The notes under the pieces: generated by a model | Told to the model about the DNA's origin: nothing | Database searches by the model: none | The model's input: only the letters and a program-made list of their open reading frames with translations | Translations under genes and position numbers: made by a program | Source of the DNA: Desulfocapsa sulfexigens DSM 10523 | GTDB taxonomy: Bacteria; Desulfobacterota; Desulfobulbia; Desulfobulbales; Desulfocapsaceae | Direction: 5' to 3' | NCBI RefSeq assembly: GCF_000341395.1 | Contig: NC_020304.1 | Location: 2,520,001 to 2,552,000 of the forward strand | Length of the DNA stretch: 32,000 nucleotides | Shown: positions 17,318 to 27,066 of the stretch, piece after piece | Layout: each line of letters begins with the position of its first letter | Position numbering within the stretch: position 1 is the stretch's first letter

Positions 17318-17750
17318 CACAGGATGAAGTTGCGACATTCCATTTTCCCTCCCGAACACTACTGTTAGCTATGTTGATACATGAATACTCAGTTATGGGG
17401 GTCGTCAGGCGGATAAAGCCTCCAACATTGAAAAGTCCTCTGCTGTTTATAGTAAACGTCCCTGCTGAGCCGGTAAAATCATTGTTCATGTCAACCAGAT
17501 CAGTATCCAGGTCGTTTGTGAGCTGGTTGGTGGCAACTGTTATGATTATCGGAGTCTTTTGGGTAAAAGCTTTTAAACGTTTGTCTTGAAGAAATGTGAT
17601 CATTTTATCAAGGTCCGTTTGTATAACATGCACAGTTGATATCTGTTTATAAGCAACCATGGCAGCTCCCATCAAAATCGCCCCTATAGCTAACGTAACG
17701 ACGATTTCAACCAAGGTGAACCCTTTTGTGTTGGTTATTTTTCCAGCCAT
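17307..17750 (-). CDS. FimT/GspH-type minor pseudopilin
   Basis: 147 aa, MAGKITNTKGFTLVEIVVTLAIGAILMGAAMVAYKQIS...DLDKMITFLQDKRLKAFTQKTPIIITVATN. Confidence 0.8.
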   Translation of the reverse strand: MAGKITNTKGFTLVEIVVTLAIGAILMGAAMVAYKQISTVHVIQTDLDKMITFLQDKRLKAFTQKTPIIITVATNQLTNDLDTDLVDMNNDFTGSAGTFTINSRGLFNVGGFIRLTTPITEYSCINIANSSVREGKWNVATSSCDAK

Positions 17751-20700
17751 AAAATGATTTCTCCAGTTAAACTTGGGCTGGGAGGAATAAATGGAGTGGG
17801 TGATTCAGGAGGAATACCGGTAAACCACTTTGTGGACTTGCCGCCTTCCTCGGAGAAATCGTCTTCATTTAAGCCTGCTCCTTCTATGTTACCACCACTG
17901 AGCTGGAGGAGTAAAGAACCATCTCTGTAGTCAGTTGTGTAGCCATCACAGCCTCCCCAGATACTGTCTCCAGACATGCAGTTGAGCGCCCACATTCTTG
18001 AACGACCACCAAAATCGCAAGGATTGGATGATGGTTGCATGGTAGTAAAAAATACTATGTTAGTACCATTCGCAAAAGTGGGATCAGTAATTGTCCGTTC
18101 CTTTGCGTAGCTATCACCTTTTGGCTCCAGTTCGTCAACAACCCAGCCTAACGTTTTCTCGTCATCAAGATTGCCTACTTCCTGACATATGTCATTATTG
18201 TTGTGAGCGTAGTTAAGAGAACATGTTTTACCTGCAAGAATATCATTCAGACAATCTCTTATGAGTATGCCGTATAATTTTTCTGTTTTTGTCTGGTTTA
18301 CGCCAGGAGAATCGTCTTTGTAAAACCAACGACCGGTACCAAAGTAGATCATTGGATAATTGAAGCAGTCTCCATATACGATTTTTGAAGTAACTGGATA
18401 ATCGGTCGATTCGACAACTGAATCAAAATACCAGTTTGGTGTTTCATCCGTTCCCGCGGTAACATCAGCCTTGTCCGTTGGGTCGTAGCTGGTAATATTA
18501 CCATCTCCATCAACAGCGTTTTTGGGGACGAGGGCAATCACGGTTCCAGCTGTACCATTGGCATCATTGACACCAAAAAAGACTATGTCGGTATTTCCGT
18601 CACGATCCTGATCAATGCCATTGGTGAATAAGCGGCCACCAAAGGCGCTGTTATATGATCCCAATTCTGAGTCAGTGATGAAGCCGTCCTTTTTACTGTC
18701 TCCGGTGAATTTGAATATATCGTCAGCATCAGTATCACCATCGTTATCCACATCAACGAGGTTGAAATCACTGTCAACTTTCAGCATAAATACATTTAAA
18801 TTTTGGGCATCCACACTGCCTTGGTCACCATTGGTTTCGGCCCTGTAGTTCAGGGGACCACTGGTAAACATGACGTAGGCGTTGCCGCCTCGCTTTATGT
18901 ATGCAGGTCCGGAGTAGGTTAAGCCAAGGTTAGGGTGAGTGAATTCCCATAAAAAAACGGGATTTCTCGGATCAGAGATGTCAAGAGCGAAATAGGAAGA
19001 CAGACCTACGGCAGATTCGGGTGTTAATGGGTCTGCTCCGGGAGCAACCACCTGTGTTCCATCGTCAGGATCACCACACCATCTGTCTTTTGATTCGTAG
19101 GTACATCCGGCAGCACCACCAAATCGCATTCCACCGATTATAATATCTTTAGTGCCGTGCTTAATGCGGTAAGGTGCCATATCTGTAGTATAGATATGTT
19201 TGTAAGCAGGGTCTGTAAGATATTTCAGATACGGCATGGCATTTTGCGGGATAAAGGCCCAAAGTTCTTCACCCACTTCGTCCTGAAGACAAGAAGCATC
19301 AGAATTGTTGTCACAGAGGCGAACCGCCTGTTCAGTTGTGAGTCCATCTGTTCTGATTTTGCCGGCATGAAAGGCATGGAGCATTCCATCGTTTGCCGCA
19401 GCAAGAACGATTGAGAAATTTTCGTTGTCGACAACCTGGGGGGTTGAATAAATAATATCACCAAGTTTCCAGATTTCTCCAGCGTCATTTACAACACGGT
19501 TACGACAGGCACTACTTGTCACTTTGTCACTTGTGCCACTGAAGTCATCTGCGGCCCCGCGAATATAACTCATGAGGTTTATCGATCGAATCTCTTCAAG
19601 TTTGTCAGCATCTGGCGGGTCGGTTTCGTCAGCCGCAACACCAAGACAATCAGGGATATCTGTCTGTGTCTCGTCCAGGCGCATATTCTTTTTAAAGAGG
19701 GTGTAGTTATCAGCAAGGAATTCGCTCATGGTTCCAGATTCGTTTATGCCATAAATCGTACGGCCACCATTGCTTCCTGCTACCCATTCGTCGGGAGTAG
19801 CAACGTCACGTTTTTGAAGCTGATAGCCACCTTCCCATATTCTGCTAACGTCATCAATTGAGTTGTAGGAACCCAGTAATGCATCAGCCTTTCCATCGTC
19901 ATCATTTTGGCTGTCGATAAGGCTGTAGTAATCAATGTTCAGGCTGCCTTCAGCGTCAATTCTGAAGTCGAGAGCATGATCGTCATGCGTATCAAGATAA
20001 AATTCTGTTCCAACAGCATTATCTTCTCTGATGTTTGATACTGTGCCGGAATTAAAGAACCAGTAAGTATTGAGAGCGCCTGTCCATAAAAGGGATCGTG
20101 TGGTTCCGTCATCGATAAATGATTTTTCAGGAAAAAAGAGGGCCTGATGAATAATGGAACCTTCAGTAGCTCGTTCTGAAAGTACAGAGATCGAGGATCC
20201 TGCAGCAGTTTTTGTCAGGATGTTCGAAAAGGCATCAGCAAGTGCGGTTTCGAGCTGGTGCCCATCGTCAGCAGCGTAGGCTTCTCCATTACCATTGTCA
20301 GCGGTATCCTGAAGAATCTGCGGGATTGTCGCTTTTCCAAAAGCAACAGTATAGGTTTCAATATGTTGGTTTCCTGTCATTCCCGTGTCATCGCGCAGAT
20401 CACGGAAGTCTGAAGTGTCTTTGTCCCAGTAGGCCCAATAGGCGAGGTCGTCTAAGATGTCTTGGCAACCATTTGCCGTGTCTCCACTATCTGAACAATC
20501 GTCCGTGTTACTGTCATCGTCATAGTCAACAGTGTCCGCTGTACCATTACCTGTGGAGTCATAAAAATCAGGAACGTAATCATCTCTGTAGGGTTCGCCA
20601 TCTGTGAAAATTAAAACAAAAGATTTGGCACAGCGAATAGTCTCCTCATATTCATCAAAATAATATGGATCCCAGAGATGTGTCGCCCCATCGGGGTCAT

Positions 20701-22696
20701 CCACCTTGTAATTGTAGGTGGTCCCAATTGTTGGTTTGTCTTCATAGTATGGGGTATCTTGTTGGAAGTATCTGAGGACCTCGTAGTAATTTTCCGCAAG
20801 AGGCGTTGTCCCCCAAACAAGAGGATAATGTTCGATTGCGTCTACAACATCAGCGAGTGGGGCTTTAATGGGAGTGTCAATAGTACGATAAGTGGCTGGG
20901 GCTTTAATGAACGGATTGTTCGGGATATCCAGACTCATTGTTCCGCCGTGAGCCCATTCCTGGTTGTAAATATCTGTTTCCCCATCGTCGTCTTTTTGGT
21001 AACGATAAAAGCTGATGCCTAGACGTACATCACCTTCGAGTTCATGAAGGAGGCCGGTGGGTTCTTCTTCAACAATCAGGGCTATATTGAAGGATGTAGG
21101 AGGTGGAGGATTGATGATAATATATCCAACATCTTCATTGCTGTGAGTTACGTCATTATCAACGGAGGACTCCTCATCTATAAAAATCTCTACAGAATCA
21201 GAGCCAAGTGAGCGGTAACGAATACTCGCCGGGTCTGTATCATTGCTTGTCTGCATGTCGGCGAGAAAGATTGGTCCCTGCTTTTCTGTCCCAAAAGTAA
21301 TTTCTTTCCAGGTGTGGTTAACATCTGTTTCAGTGCCAACCTCAAAATTCAGGATCCCGACATCGTACGTTCCCTGCTCAAGGGCAAGGTAAGCAACCGT
21401 TTCATTTGTGTGACCTCCACCTGCATCTTCCTCCTGCAGTTGTATTTCGAAGGAACCATCGTTATTAATATTTTTAAGACGGGTTGTTGTGGTATCACCT
21501 CCATTGTTGGTATTAACAGTGCTTAAAATTACCGGTTTGGAGGCATATCCGAGTGCAGCCACGGAAGTCCAGGCATCATTAACTGTTTTTGTTCCAGCAA
21601 CCAGTCGCTGACCATTTTCCAGAGTGTAGCTTCCTGCTTCCAGAACGATATAGGAGATATCTTCATTGGTATGGGCCTTATTGGTGATATATTCCCATTC
21701 TTCAATCCGGATTTTGAATGATCCAGTCAGCACGTTGTCGACTCTTACAACGGATGGGTCGCTTCCATTGTACGAAAGAGGTCTGGCTAGAACAACTGGA
21801 TTGGCGTAATCAGTTTTTGTTAGGGCTACAGTCTCCCAGTTATCGGCACCTGAATCGGCTGAAAGGTTGCTTATAATTCCAGCTTCTCCAATGACTGTAC
21901 CGTTTTCGTCAACAATAATATTTGGGATTTTGTTGGAAAGTTTGGCATAGGGGTCGTAAAGTGTTTGGGTAGTACCATCTTCAGCAGGACTTGAAACTGT
22001 GAATGTTGAAGTTGCTGGAAAAGGTGAGTAGTTTTGTGCTGAACTATAGGATTTACAAATAGAACCATCACTTCTTTCGTTATTGCCTACAATCTTCCAC
22101 TCAAGGTCTGTCGGGTCATCTGTGAAGTAATTGTAGCCGGCACGACTTTCGACTTTTCCACCAATCATAACCTGTCTCGCAGCATCTATGCGTCGCGTTA
22201 CAATCCAGTTTAGAAAGTTACCACTCCAGCAATTATTCCCAAGTCCCAATGTGCAGGTGGAGTCTTCTTTGAAAGCACCAGTGGAGGTCGTGTCTACCGC
22301 AACATTATAGGGCATACCTGCTGCACCGGAAAAAGGACTTGGATCTACGGCAATTGTTGCGTCATAACTGTATGTTTTCGTTGAATCAAACATTCCATAA
22401 TATGTGAAGTCTGAGTCAAAGGCAGTGTCAGTATTCTTGCAGTTGTATCCAGTTGTTTGGCCAAGCGGATTTTTCATGCTCCCGGAGTTGTCAAGCATGA
22501 ACATGACATTTGGCGCAAGTTGAGCTCCCAGGAACGGCGGGACAGCATTGTAGTCATCACAACTGGCAGCAGTGAGCTGCGATGGTAGAATGATGGTGGT
22601 GGCAAAAGCAGCAAAGGTTGCCAGGGCAACATAGAGCACCCGTTGATGGTACCATGAAAATTGCAGTGATTTTTTTGACATATTCTGCTCCTCCAA
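17735..22696 (-). CDS. pilY1: PilY1-like type IV pilus tip adhesin/biogenesis protein with VWA domain and C-terminal beta-propeller
   Basis: 1653 aa with N-terminal APNVMFMLDNSGSMKN (VWA MIDAS DxSxS). The C-terminal region carries GTGRWFYKDDSPG and EELWAFIPQNAMPYLKYLTDPAYKHIYTTDMAPY...DIIIGGMRFGG, hallmarks of the PilY1 propeller. It leads the minor-pilin cluster. Confidence 0.93.
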   Translation of the reverse strand: MEEQNMSKKSLQFSWYHQRVLYVALATFAAFATTIILPSQLTAASCDDYNAVPPFLGAQLAPNVMFMLDNSGSMKNPLGQTTGYNCKNTDTAFDSDFTYYGMFDSTKTYSYDATIAVDPSPFSGAAGMPYNVAVDTTSTGAFKEDSTCTLGLGNNCWSGNFLNWIVTRRIDAARQVMIGGKVESRAGYNYFTDDPTDLEWKIVGNNERSDGSICKSYSSAQNYSPFPATSTFTVSSPAEDGTTQTLYDPYAKLSNKIPNIIVDENGTVIGEAGIISNLSADSGADNWETVALTKTDYANPVVLARPLSYNGSDPSVVRVDNVLTGSFKIRIEEWEYITNKAHTNEDISYIVLEAGSYTLENGQRLVAGTKTVNDAWTSVAALGYASKPVILSTVNTNNGGDTTTTRLKNINNDGSFEIQLQEEDAGGGHTNETVAYLALEQGTYDVGILNFEVGTETDVNHTWKEITFGTEKQGPIFLADMQTSNDTDPASIRYRSLGSDSVEIFIDEESSVDNDVTHSNEDVGYIIINPPPPTSFNIALIVEEEPTGLLHELEGDVRLGISFYRYQKDDDGETDIYNQEWAHGGTMSLDIPNNPFIKAPATYRTIDTPIKAPLADVVDAIEHYPLVWGTTPLAENYYEVLRYFQQDTPYYEDKPTIGTTYNYKVDDPDGATHLWDPYYFDEYEETIRCAKSFVLIFTDGEPYRDDYVPDFYDSTGNGTADTVDYDDDSNTDDCSDSGDTANGCQDILDDLAYWAYWDKDTSDFRDLRDDTGMTGNQHIETYTVAFGKATIPQILQDTADNGNGEAYAADDGHQLETALADAFSNILTKTAAGSSISVLSERATEGSIIHQALFFPEKSFIDDGTTRSLLWTGALNTYWFFNSGTVSNIREDNAVGTEFYLDTHDDHALDFRIDAEGSLNIDYYSLIDSQNDDDGKADALLGSYNSIDDVSRIWEGGYQLQKRDVATPDEWVAGSNGGRTIYGINESGTMSEFLADNYTLFKKNMRLDETQTDIPDCLGVAADETDPPDADKLEEIRSINLMSYIRGAADDFSGTSDKVTSSACRNRVVNDAGEIWKLGDIIYSTPQVVDNENFSIVLAAANDGMLHAFHAGKIRTDGLTTEQAVRLCDNNSDASCLQDEVGEELWAFIPQNAMPYLKYLTDPAYKHIYTTDMAPYRIKHGTKDIIIGGMRFGGAAGCTYESKDRWCGDPDDGTQVVAPGADPLTPESAVGLSSYFALDISDPRNPVFLWEFTHPNLGLTYSGPAYIKRGGNAYVMFTSGPLNYRAETNGDQGSVDAQNLNVFMLKVDSDFNLVDVDNDGDTDADDIFKFTGDSKKDGFITDSELGSYNSAFGGRLFTNGIDQDRDGNTDIVFFGVNDANGTAGTVIALVPKNAVDGDGNITSYDPTDKADVTAGTDETPNWYFDSVVESTDYPVTSKIVYGDCFNYPMIYFGTGRWFYKDDSPGVNQTKTEKLYGILIRDCLNDILAGKTCSLNYAHNNNDICQEVGNLDDEKTLGWVVDELEPKGDSYAKERTITDPTFANGTNIVFFTTMQPSSNPCDFGGRSRMWALNCMSGDSIWGGCDGYTTDYRDGSLLLQLSGGNIEGAGLNEDDFSEEGGKSTKWFTGIPPESPTPFIPPSPSLTGEIILWLEK
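18720..18758 (-). other. Calcium-binding-type DxDxDxxxD loop in PilY1
   Basis: Encoded peptide VDVDNDGDTDADD contains D-N-D-G-D-T-D-A-D, matching the PilY1-type EF-hand-like loop. Confidence 0.7.
21108..21831 (-). repeat. Three degenerate tandem protein-level repeats inserted in the N-terminal half of PilY1
   Basis: Repeated frames: SFKIRIEEWEYITNKAHTNEDISYIVLEAGSY; SFEIQLQEEDAGGGHTNETVAYLALEQGTY; SVEIFIDEESSVDNDVTHSNEDVGYIIINPP. The copies are preceded by similar 'PVVLARPLSYNGSDPSVVRV', 'PVILSTVNTNNGGDTTTTRL' and 'PIFLADMQTSNDTDPASIRY'. Confidence 0.75.
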
Positions 22697-22770
22697 AATT
22701 CTATCTGTCTGTCAGAAATCTGTATTGTGTCTCTGTTTTGTAATGATGTATTAAAAGTCAATGAATTGCT

Positions 22771-22786
22771 AGCAAATAATGTTCCA
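22771..22786 (-). promoter_or_regulatory. Candidate sigma54 promoter of pilY1-fimT-pilVWX-pilE
   Basis: Minus strand TGGAAC-ATTAT-TTGCT against the consensus TGGCAC-N5-TTGCW. One mismatch, about 75 nt upstream of pilY1. Confidence 0.6.
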
Positions 22787-22971
22787 GCGCTCCTGTTGAT
22801 GCTTGGAAGTACTGGTAGAAGCAACTGGGAGTGGGGGGAGGTGCATTTTCTTTGTATCGGAGAGCTGTTAGTTTTTAGGTCGAGTTGTGTTAATAAACTA
22901 GACAGGTCAGCCCAGATTGTAAAAAAAAGTTACAATTAATGGCTGAGTTGAAATCTGACGAACAGTTTTTC

Positions 22972-23175
22972 TCAGGTAGGGTATCCAACTACTTCAAACC
23001 CAATTCCAGCAATCGCCTCTTTCACAACGTCTTTACTCACATCTCCTCTATAAGTAGCCTCGTTTTTCTCTAGATTCACCTCTATATTGGATATCCCCGG
23101 GATAGCTTGCAGTGCCTTTGTTACAGATGCCACACAGTGGGGACAGCTCATTCCTTTTATTGATACAGTGGTCAT
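22972..23175 (-). CDS. copZ: Copper chaperone CopZ-like heavy-metal-associated domain protein
   Basis: 67 aa, MTTVSIKGMSCPHCVASVTKALQAIPGISNIEVNLEKNEATYRGD, with the HMA MxCxxC motif. Divergent from copA. Confidence 0.88.
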   Translation of the reverse strand: MTTVSIKGMSCPHCVASVTKALQAIPGISNIEVNLEKNEATYRGDVSKDVVKEAIAGIGFEVVGYPT

Positions 23176-23273
23176 TGTTTTTCTCCATCATTGAGTTATT
23201 GTTGTATTGTAGAAGTTTATTCATTTTCATCGATATTTCAAGCGATAATGCTGAAGTTGGGGCGTAGCATATA

Positions 23274-25535
23274 ATGAAAAATCTAAAACTGGCAGTGAAA
23301 GGAATGCACTGCGCGGCCTGTTCCAGTCGTATCGAAAAGGTTGTCGGTGGGATGGATGGTGTTGTGAGGGCTTCGGTGAACCTGGCAACGGAAACCATGG
23401 AGCTGCAATGGGATGAAACACAACAGAGTTTTGATGAAATTGCAGAGCGCGTGGCAGGCATGGGTTTTGAACTTGAGTCCATAAGTGCTCAGCAAGATCT
23501 TTTTGAGCAAAACAGAGCTGAGACCGCTGCTCGTCTTGCACTTATGAAGAAGAACCTGATCTTCTCGATGCTTCTTGCCATTCCTCTCTTTACTATCTCC
23601 ATGGGGGAGATGATGGGCCTGCCTTTGCCTGAAGTTCTCAATCCTCATACGCATCCGCAGAATTTTGCCCTGATTCAGTTTGTTCTTGTTGTTGCCATCA
23701 TGTTCCTTGGCCGTAATTTTTATATAAACGGTTTTCCGGCTTTGTTCAGGCGGGTTCCCAACATGGACTCCCTTATTGCCGTCGGTACCGGCGCTGCGTT
23801 TGTCTACTCAACCTGGAACATGGTTGAGATCCTAATGGGAATACATGTGCAGATGAAGGTTATGGATCTCTATTTTGAATCTGCTGGTGTTTTGATAGCT
23901 CTGGTATCTCTGGGCAAGTATATGGAGACCCGTTCCAAGTCTCATACCTCCGAGGCTATCAGCAAGCTTATGCAACTGACTCCTGAGACTGCAACTGTGC
24001 TGGTTGGGGATGAGAAGGCATTTGAACAGAAAACAATCCCGGCAGAGGAAATACAAGAAAACGATATCCTTCTTATTCGTCCAGGCGACAGAATCCCGGT
24101 TGATGGTATTATTATTAAGGGGAATAGTGTTGTTGATGAATCTATGCTTACTGGAGAGAGTCTTCCTGTTTCTAAAACTGAGGGGGATGTGATTATTGGA
24201 GGTACTTTGAATTCCAATGGTGTGTTGCATGTTCGGGCTCAGCAGGTGGGGCAGGATACCATGTTGTCACGTATTGTCCGGATGGTCCAGGAAGCACAGG
24301 GATCCAAGGCTCCAATAGCTGGAATGGCTGATCGCATCAGTCTCTATTTTGTTCCTGTTGTTATGGTCTTTGCCGTGTTCACCGGACTTTGCTGGTATTT
24401 TGTAGGGAGTGCTGACTTCTCAACGTCACTTCGATTCTTCATTGCCGTCCTCGTCATTGCCTGTCCGTGTGCCATGGGCCTTGCAACTCCCACATCTATA
24501 ATGGTCGGTACGGGCAGAGGGGCACAGCTTGGCGTCCTGGTAAAGAGTGGTGAGGCGCTCGAGATGGCAGAGAAAATAGATGCTGTCGTCTTTGATAAAA
24601 CAGGTACCCTGACCCATGGAAAACCAGAGCTTACGGATATCCTGACTGTTGAGAATGAGATGGACACCAAAGATTTTCTTTTTCTTGCGGCATCCTGTGA
24701 ACAGAATTCGGAACACCTCCTGGCTATGGCCCTTGTGGCTGGTGCGGTTGCTGAAAACATCAGCCTGATACAGCCTCATGAATTTGAGGCAGTGCAGGGT
24801 AAGGGGATTCAGGGGCAGGTGGATGGCAGAACAGTGTTGCTTGGCAATAAACAGTTGTTGAAAGAAAAAGGTGTCGGGGTCAGTCAGCTGGAAGCAAAAG
24901 TAAATGAATTATCCGCCGAGGGAAAAACCGTCCTCTATCTCGCTGTGGATAACAGCTTTGTGGCCATCTTCGCTGTTGCTGATACTCTGAAAACTGAAGT
25001 GCCAGCTGCGATTGGGCGTATGCGTGAAATGGGTTTGCGATTGATCATGCTTACCGGGGATCAGGAAGCAACAGCGAATGCCATTGCCAGGCAGGCCGGG
25101 TTGACCGAGGTGATCTCACAGGTGCTGCCAGATAAAAAGGCAGACGTCATACAAGATCTTCAGAAAAAAGGGCTGAAGGTTGCCATGGTCGGAGACGGTA
25201 TTAATGATGCACCGGCACTTGCTCGTGCCGATGTCGGTATTGCGATGGGAACCGGAATTGATATTGCTATTGAATCAGGTGATATTGTCATCATGAAGGG
25301 CAATCTCGATGGGGTGATTACCTCTCTAGCACTCTCGCGTGCCGTGATGCGAAATATTCGTCAAAATCTGTTCTGGGCTTTTGGTTATAATGTTGTAGGT
25401 ATTCCTGTTGCAGCAGGACTACTCACGCTCTTTGGTGGGCCCGCCCTCAATCCTATGATTGCGGGTGGAGCAATGGCACTGAGTTCTGTGTCTGTGGTAT
25501 CCAACGCTCTGCGCCTTCGTTTTTTTAGGGTTTGA
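23274..25535 (+). CDS. copA: Cu+-exporting P1B-type ATPase
   Basis: 753 aa. N-terminal [24 protein letters not shown] motif [45 protein letters not shown]. Confidence 0.95.
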   Translation: MKNLKLAVKGMHCAACSSRIEKVVGGMDGVVRASVNLATETMELQWDETQQSFDEIAERVAGMGFELESISAQQDLFEQNRAETAARLALMKKNLIFSMLLAIPLFTISMGEMMGLPLPEVLNPHTHPQNFALIQFVLVVAIMFLGRNFYINGFPALFRRVPNMDSLIAVGTGAAFVYSTWNMVEILMGIHVQMKVMDLYFESAGVLIALVSLGKYMETRSKSHTSEAISKLMQLTPETATVLVGDEKAFEQKTIPAEEIQENDILLIRPGDRIPVDGIIIKGNSVVDESMLTGESLPVSKTEGDVIIGGTLNSNGVLHVRAQQVGQDTMLSRIVRMVQEAQGSKAPIAGMADRISLYFVPVVMVFAVFTGLCWYFVGSADFSTSLRFFIAVLVIACPCAMGLATPTSIMVGTGRGAQLGVLVKSGEALEMAEKIDAVVFDKTGTLTHGKPELTDILTVENEMDTKDFLFLAASCEQNSEHLLAMALVAGAVAENISLIQPHEFEAVQGKGIQGQVDGRTVLLGNKQLLKEKGVGVSQLEAKVNELSAEGKTVLYLAVDNSFVAIFAVADTLKTEVPAAIGRMREMGLRLIMLTGDQEATANAIARQAGLTEVISQVLPDKKADVIQDLQKKGLKVAMVGDGINDAPALARADVGIAMGTGIDIAIESGDIVIMKGNLDGVITSLALSRAVMRNIRQNLFWAFGYNVVGIPVAAGLLTLFGGPALNPMIAGGAMALSSVSVVSNALRLRFFRV

Positions 25536-25687
25536 TTTGGACCACTGAATCGCCAATGTTTTTTCTTGACTTTTCTCCTCACAGATTTATATATGTATAC
25601 GTTTAACTGAATGCTTGTTCATTTCATTGCTGTTCCAAAAAAAATTGGTTCGGTACATTTTTGAAAATTAACTTAGAGGGAATCATT

Positions 25688-26962
25688 ATGGCTTCAAAAT
25701 TGGTTGCACCACATGGTGGAAAAGGTCTTGTTTGTGCTCTTCTTGAGGGCAAAGAGCGTGATGCTGAGCTTGCAAAAGCAAAAGGTCTGAAGCAGATTGA
25801 AATTTCTGATCGCGCTAAAGGCGATCTGATTATGATGGGAATTGGAGGTTTTTCTCCTCTTTCTGGTTTCATGACCAAGGCTGACTGGAAAGGCGTTTGT
25901 GAGAATTTCACCATGGCTGACGGAACCTTCTGGCCTGTACCCATTACCCTTGATGTAAATAAAGCCGATGGCGTTAATGTTGGTGATGAGATTGCCCTTG
26001 TCAGAAAAGGTGAAGTTTTTGCTACCATGCATGTAACCGAAGCTTTTGAAATGACCGAAGCTGATAAAAAATGGGAATGTGAGAAAGTTTTCATGGGTGA
26101 AGGCGAAGAGTCTGTAGATGGAAACTTCTGGAAAATCGCTCCAGATGATCACCCAGGCGTTATCATGGTAATGGCTCAAAAAGAAGTGAACATTGCCGGT
26201 CCTGTTAAAGTACTTTCTCAGGGTGAGTATCCTAAAGAGTACCCAGGAGTATATCTTACCCCTGCCGAAACCCGCAAAATGTTCGACGAGCGCGGATGGG
26301 CCAATGTTGCTGCTCTTCAGCTTCGTAACCCAATGCATCGTTCTCATGAGTACCTTGCAAAAATCGCAGTTGAAGTATGTGATGGTGTTCTCATTCACTC
26401 CCTCATCGGTAACCTCAAGCCAGGCGACATTCCAGCACCTGTTCGTGTAAAAGCTATCGATATCCTCATTGAAAACTACTTTGTAAAAGAGAACGTTATC
26501 AACTCTGGTTATCCTCTTGATATGCGTTATGCCGGTCCTCGTGAAGGTCTCCTTCATGCTACCTTCCGTCAGAACTACGGCGTTAACAACATGCTGATCG
26601 GTCGTGACCACGCTGGTGTTGGTGACTTCTATGGTCTGTTCGAAGCTCAGGAAATCTTTGAGCGTATTCCTCACACCGGTGATGATGCAAAAGATCTCCT
26701 TTGCAAGCCAATGAAAATTGACTGGACCTTCTACTGTTCCGAGTGTGATGGTATGGCTTCTCTTCGTACCTGTCCTCATGACAAATCTTCCCGCGTTATC
26801 CTTTCCGGTACCAAACTTCGTAAGGCCCTCTCCGATGGCGCTGAGATCGTAGACCATTTTGGTCGTAACGAAGTTCTGGATCACCTGAAAGTGTACTATG
26901 CAAGCCTGACCGAGAAAGTCGAGGTCAAAATGCAGGGTGCCGCTTCTGGCGAATCCATGTAA
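25688..26962 (+). CDS. sat: Sulfate adenylyltransferase (ATP sulfurylase)
   Basis: The likely start is [34 protein letters not shown] at 25688. Contains [32 protein letters not shown] (QxRNPxHRxHE) and [14 protein letters not shown]. Confidence 0.96.
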   Translation: MASKLVAPHGGKGLVCALLEGKERDAELAKAKGLKQIEISDRAKGDLIMMGIGGFSPLSGFMTKADWKGVCENFTMADGTFWPVPITLDVNKADGVNVGDEIALVRKGEVFATMHVTEAFEMTEADKKWECEKVFMGEGEESVDGNFWKIAPDDHPGVIMVMAQKEVNIAGPVKVLSQGEYPKEYPGVYLTPAETRKMFDERGWANVAALQLRNPMHRSHEYLAKIAVEVCDGVLIHSLIGNLKPGDIPAPVRVKAIDILIENYFVKENVINSGYPLDMRYAGPREGLLHATFRQNYGVNNMLIGRDHAGVGDFYGLFEAQEIFERIPHTGDDAKDLLCKPMKIDWTFYCSECDGMASLRTCPHDKSSRVILSGTKLRKALSDGAEIVDHFGRNEVLDHLKVYYASLTEKVEVKMQGAASGESM

Positions 26963-26993
26963 TTTGTCCTACAGACTTGTATAAGTCTTCCGA

Positions 26994-27031
26994 GGGAGAT
27001 ACTGCTTTTGAGCGGTGTCTCCCTTTTTTTT
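26994..27031 (+). terminator. Rho-independent terminator downstream of sat
   Basis: GGGAGATAC (26994-27002), a loop, then GTGTCTCCC (27015-27023), a 9-bp stem with one G-U, followed by T8. Confidence 0.85.
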
Positions 27032-27066
27032 ATTACGAATAATCCCTGTCCTTTCTTTTTTCTCTT

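Noticed and set aside
17735-22696. Many plus-strand ORFs of 60-131 aa (e.g. 19157..19414, 20212..20607, 20678..21022, 22474..22824) opposite pilY1
   Set aside because: They are antisense shadows of a long, clearly functional PilY1 frame and encode no recognisable motifs.
23283-25582. Minus-strand ORFs antisense to copA (23283..23654, 24344..24760, 25385..25582) and the 23048..23482 / 23227..23541 ORFs
   Set aside because: They overlap well-supported CopZ/CopA coding frames and have low-complexity, motif-free translations.
25624-26884. 396-aa minus-strand ORF (25694..26884) and 25624..26094 opposite sat
   Set aside because: The plus frame is unambiguous ATP sulfurylase. The long antisense ORF is a codon-usage artefact of a highly biased gene with no independent support.
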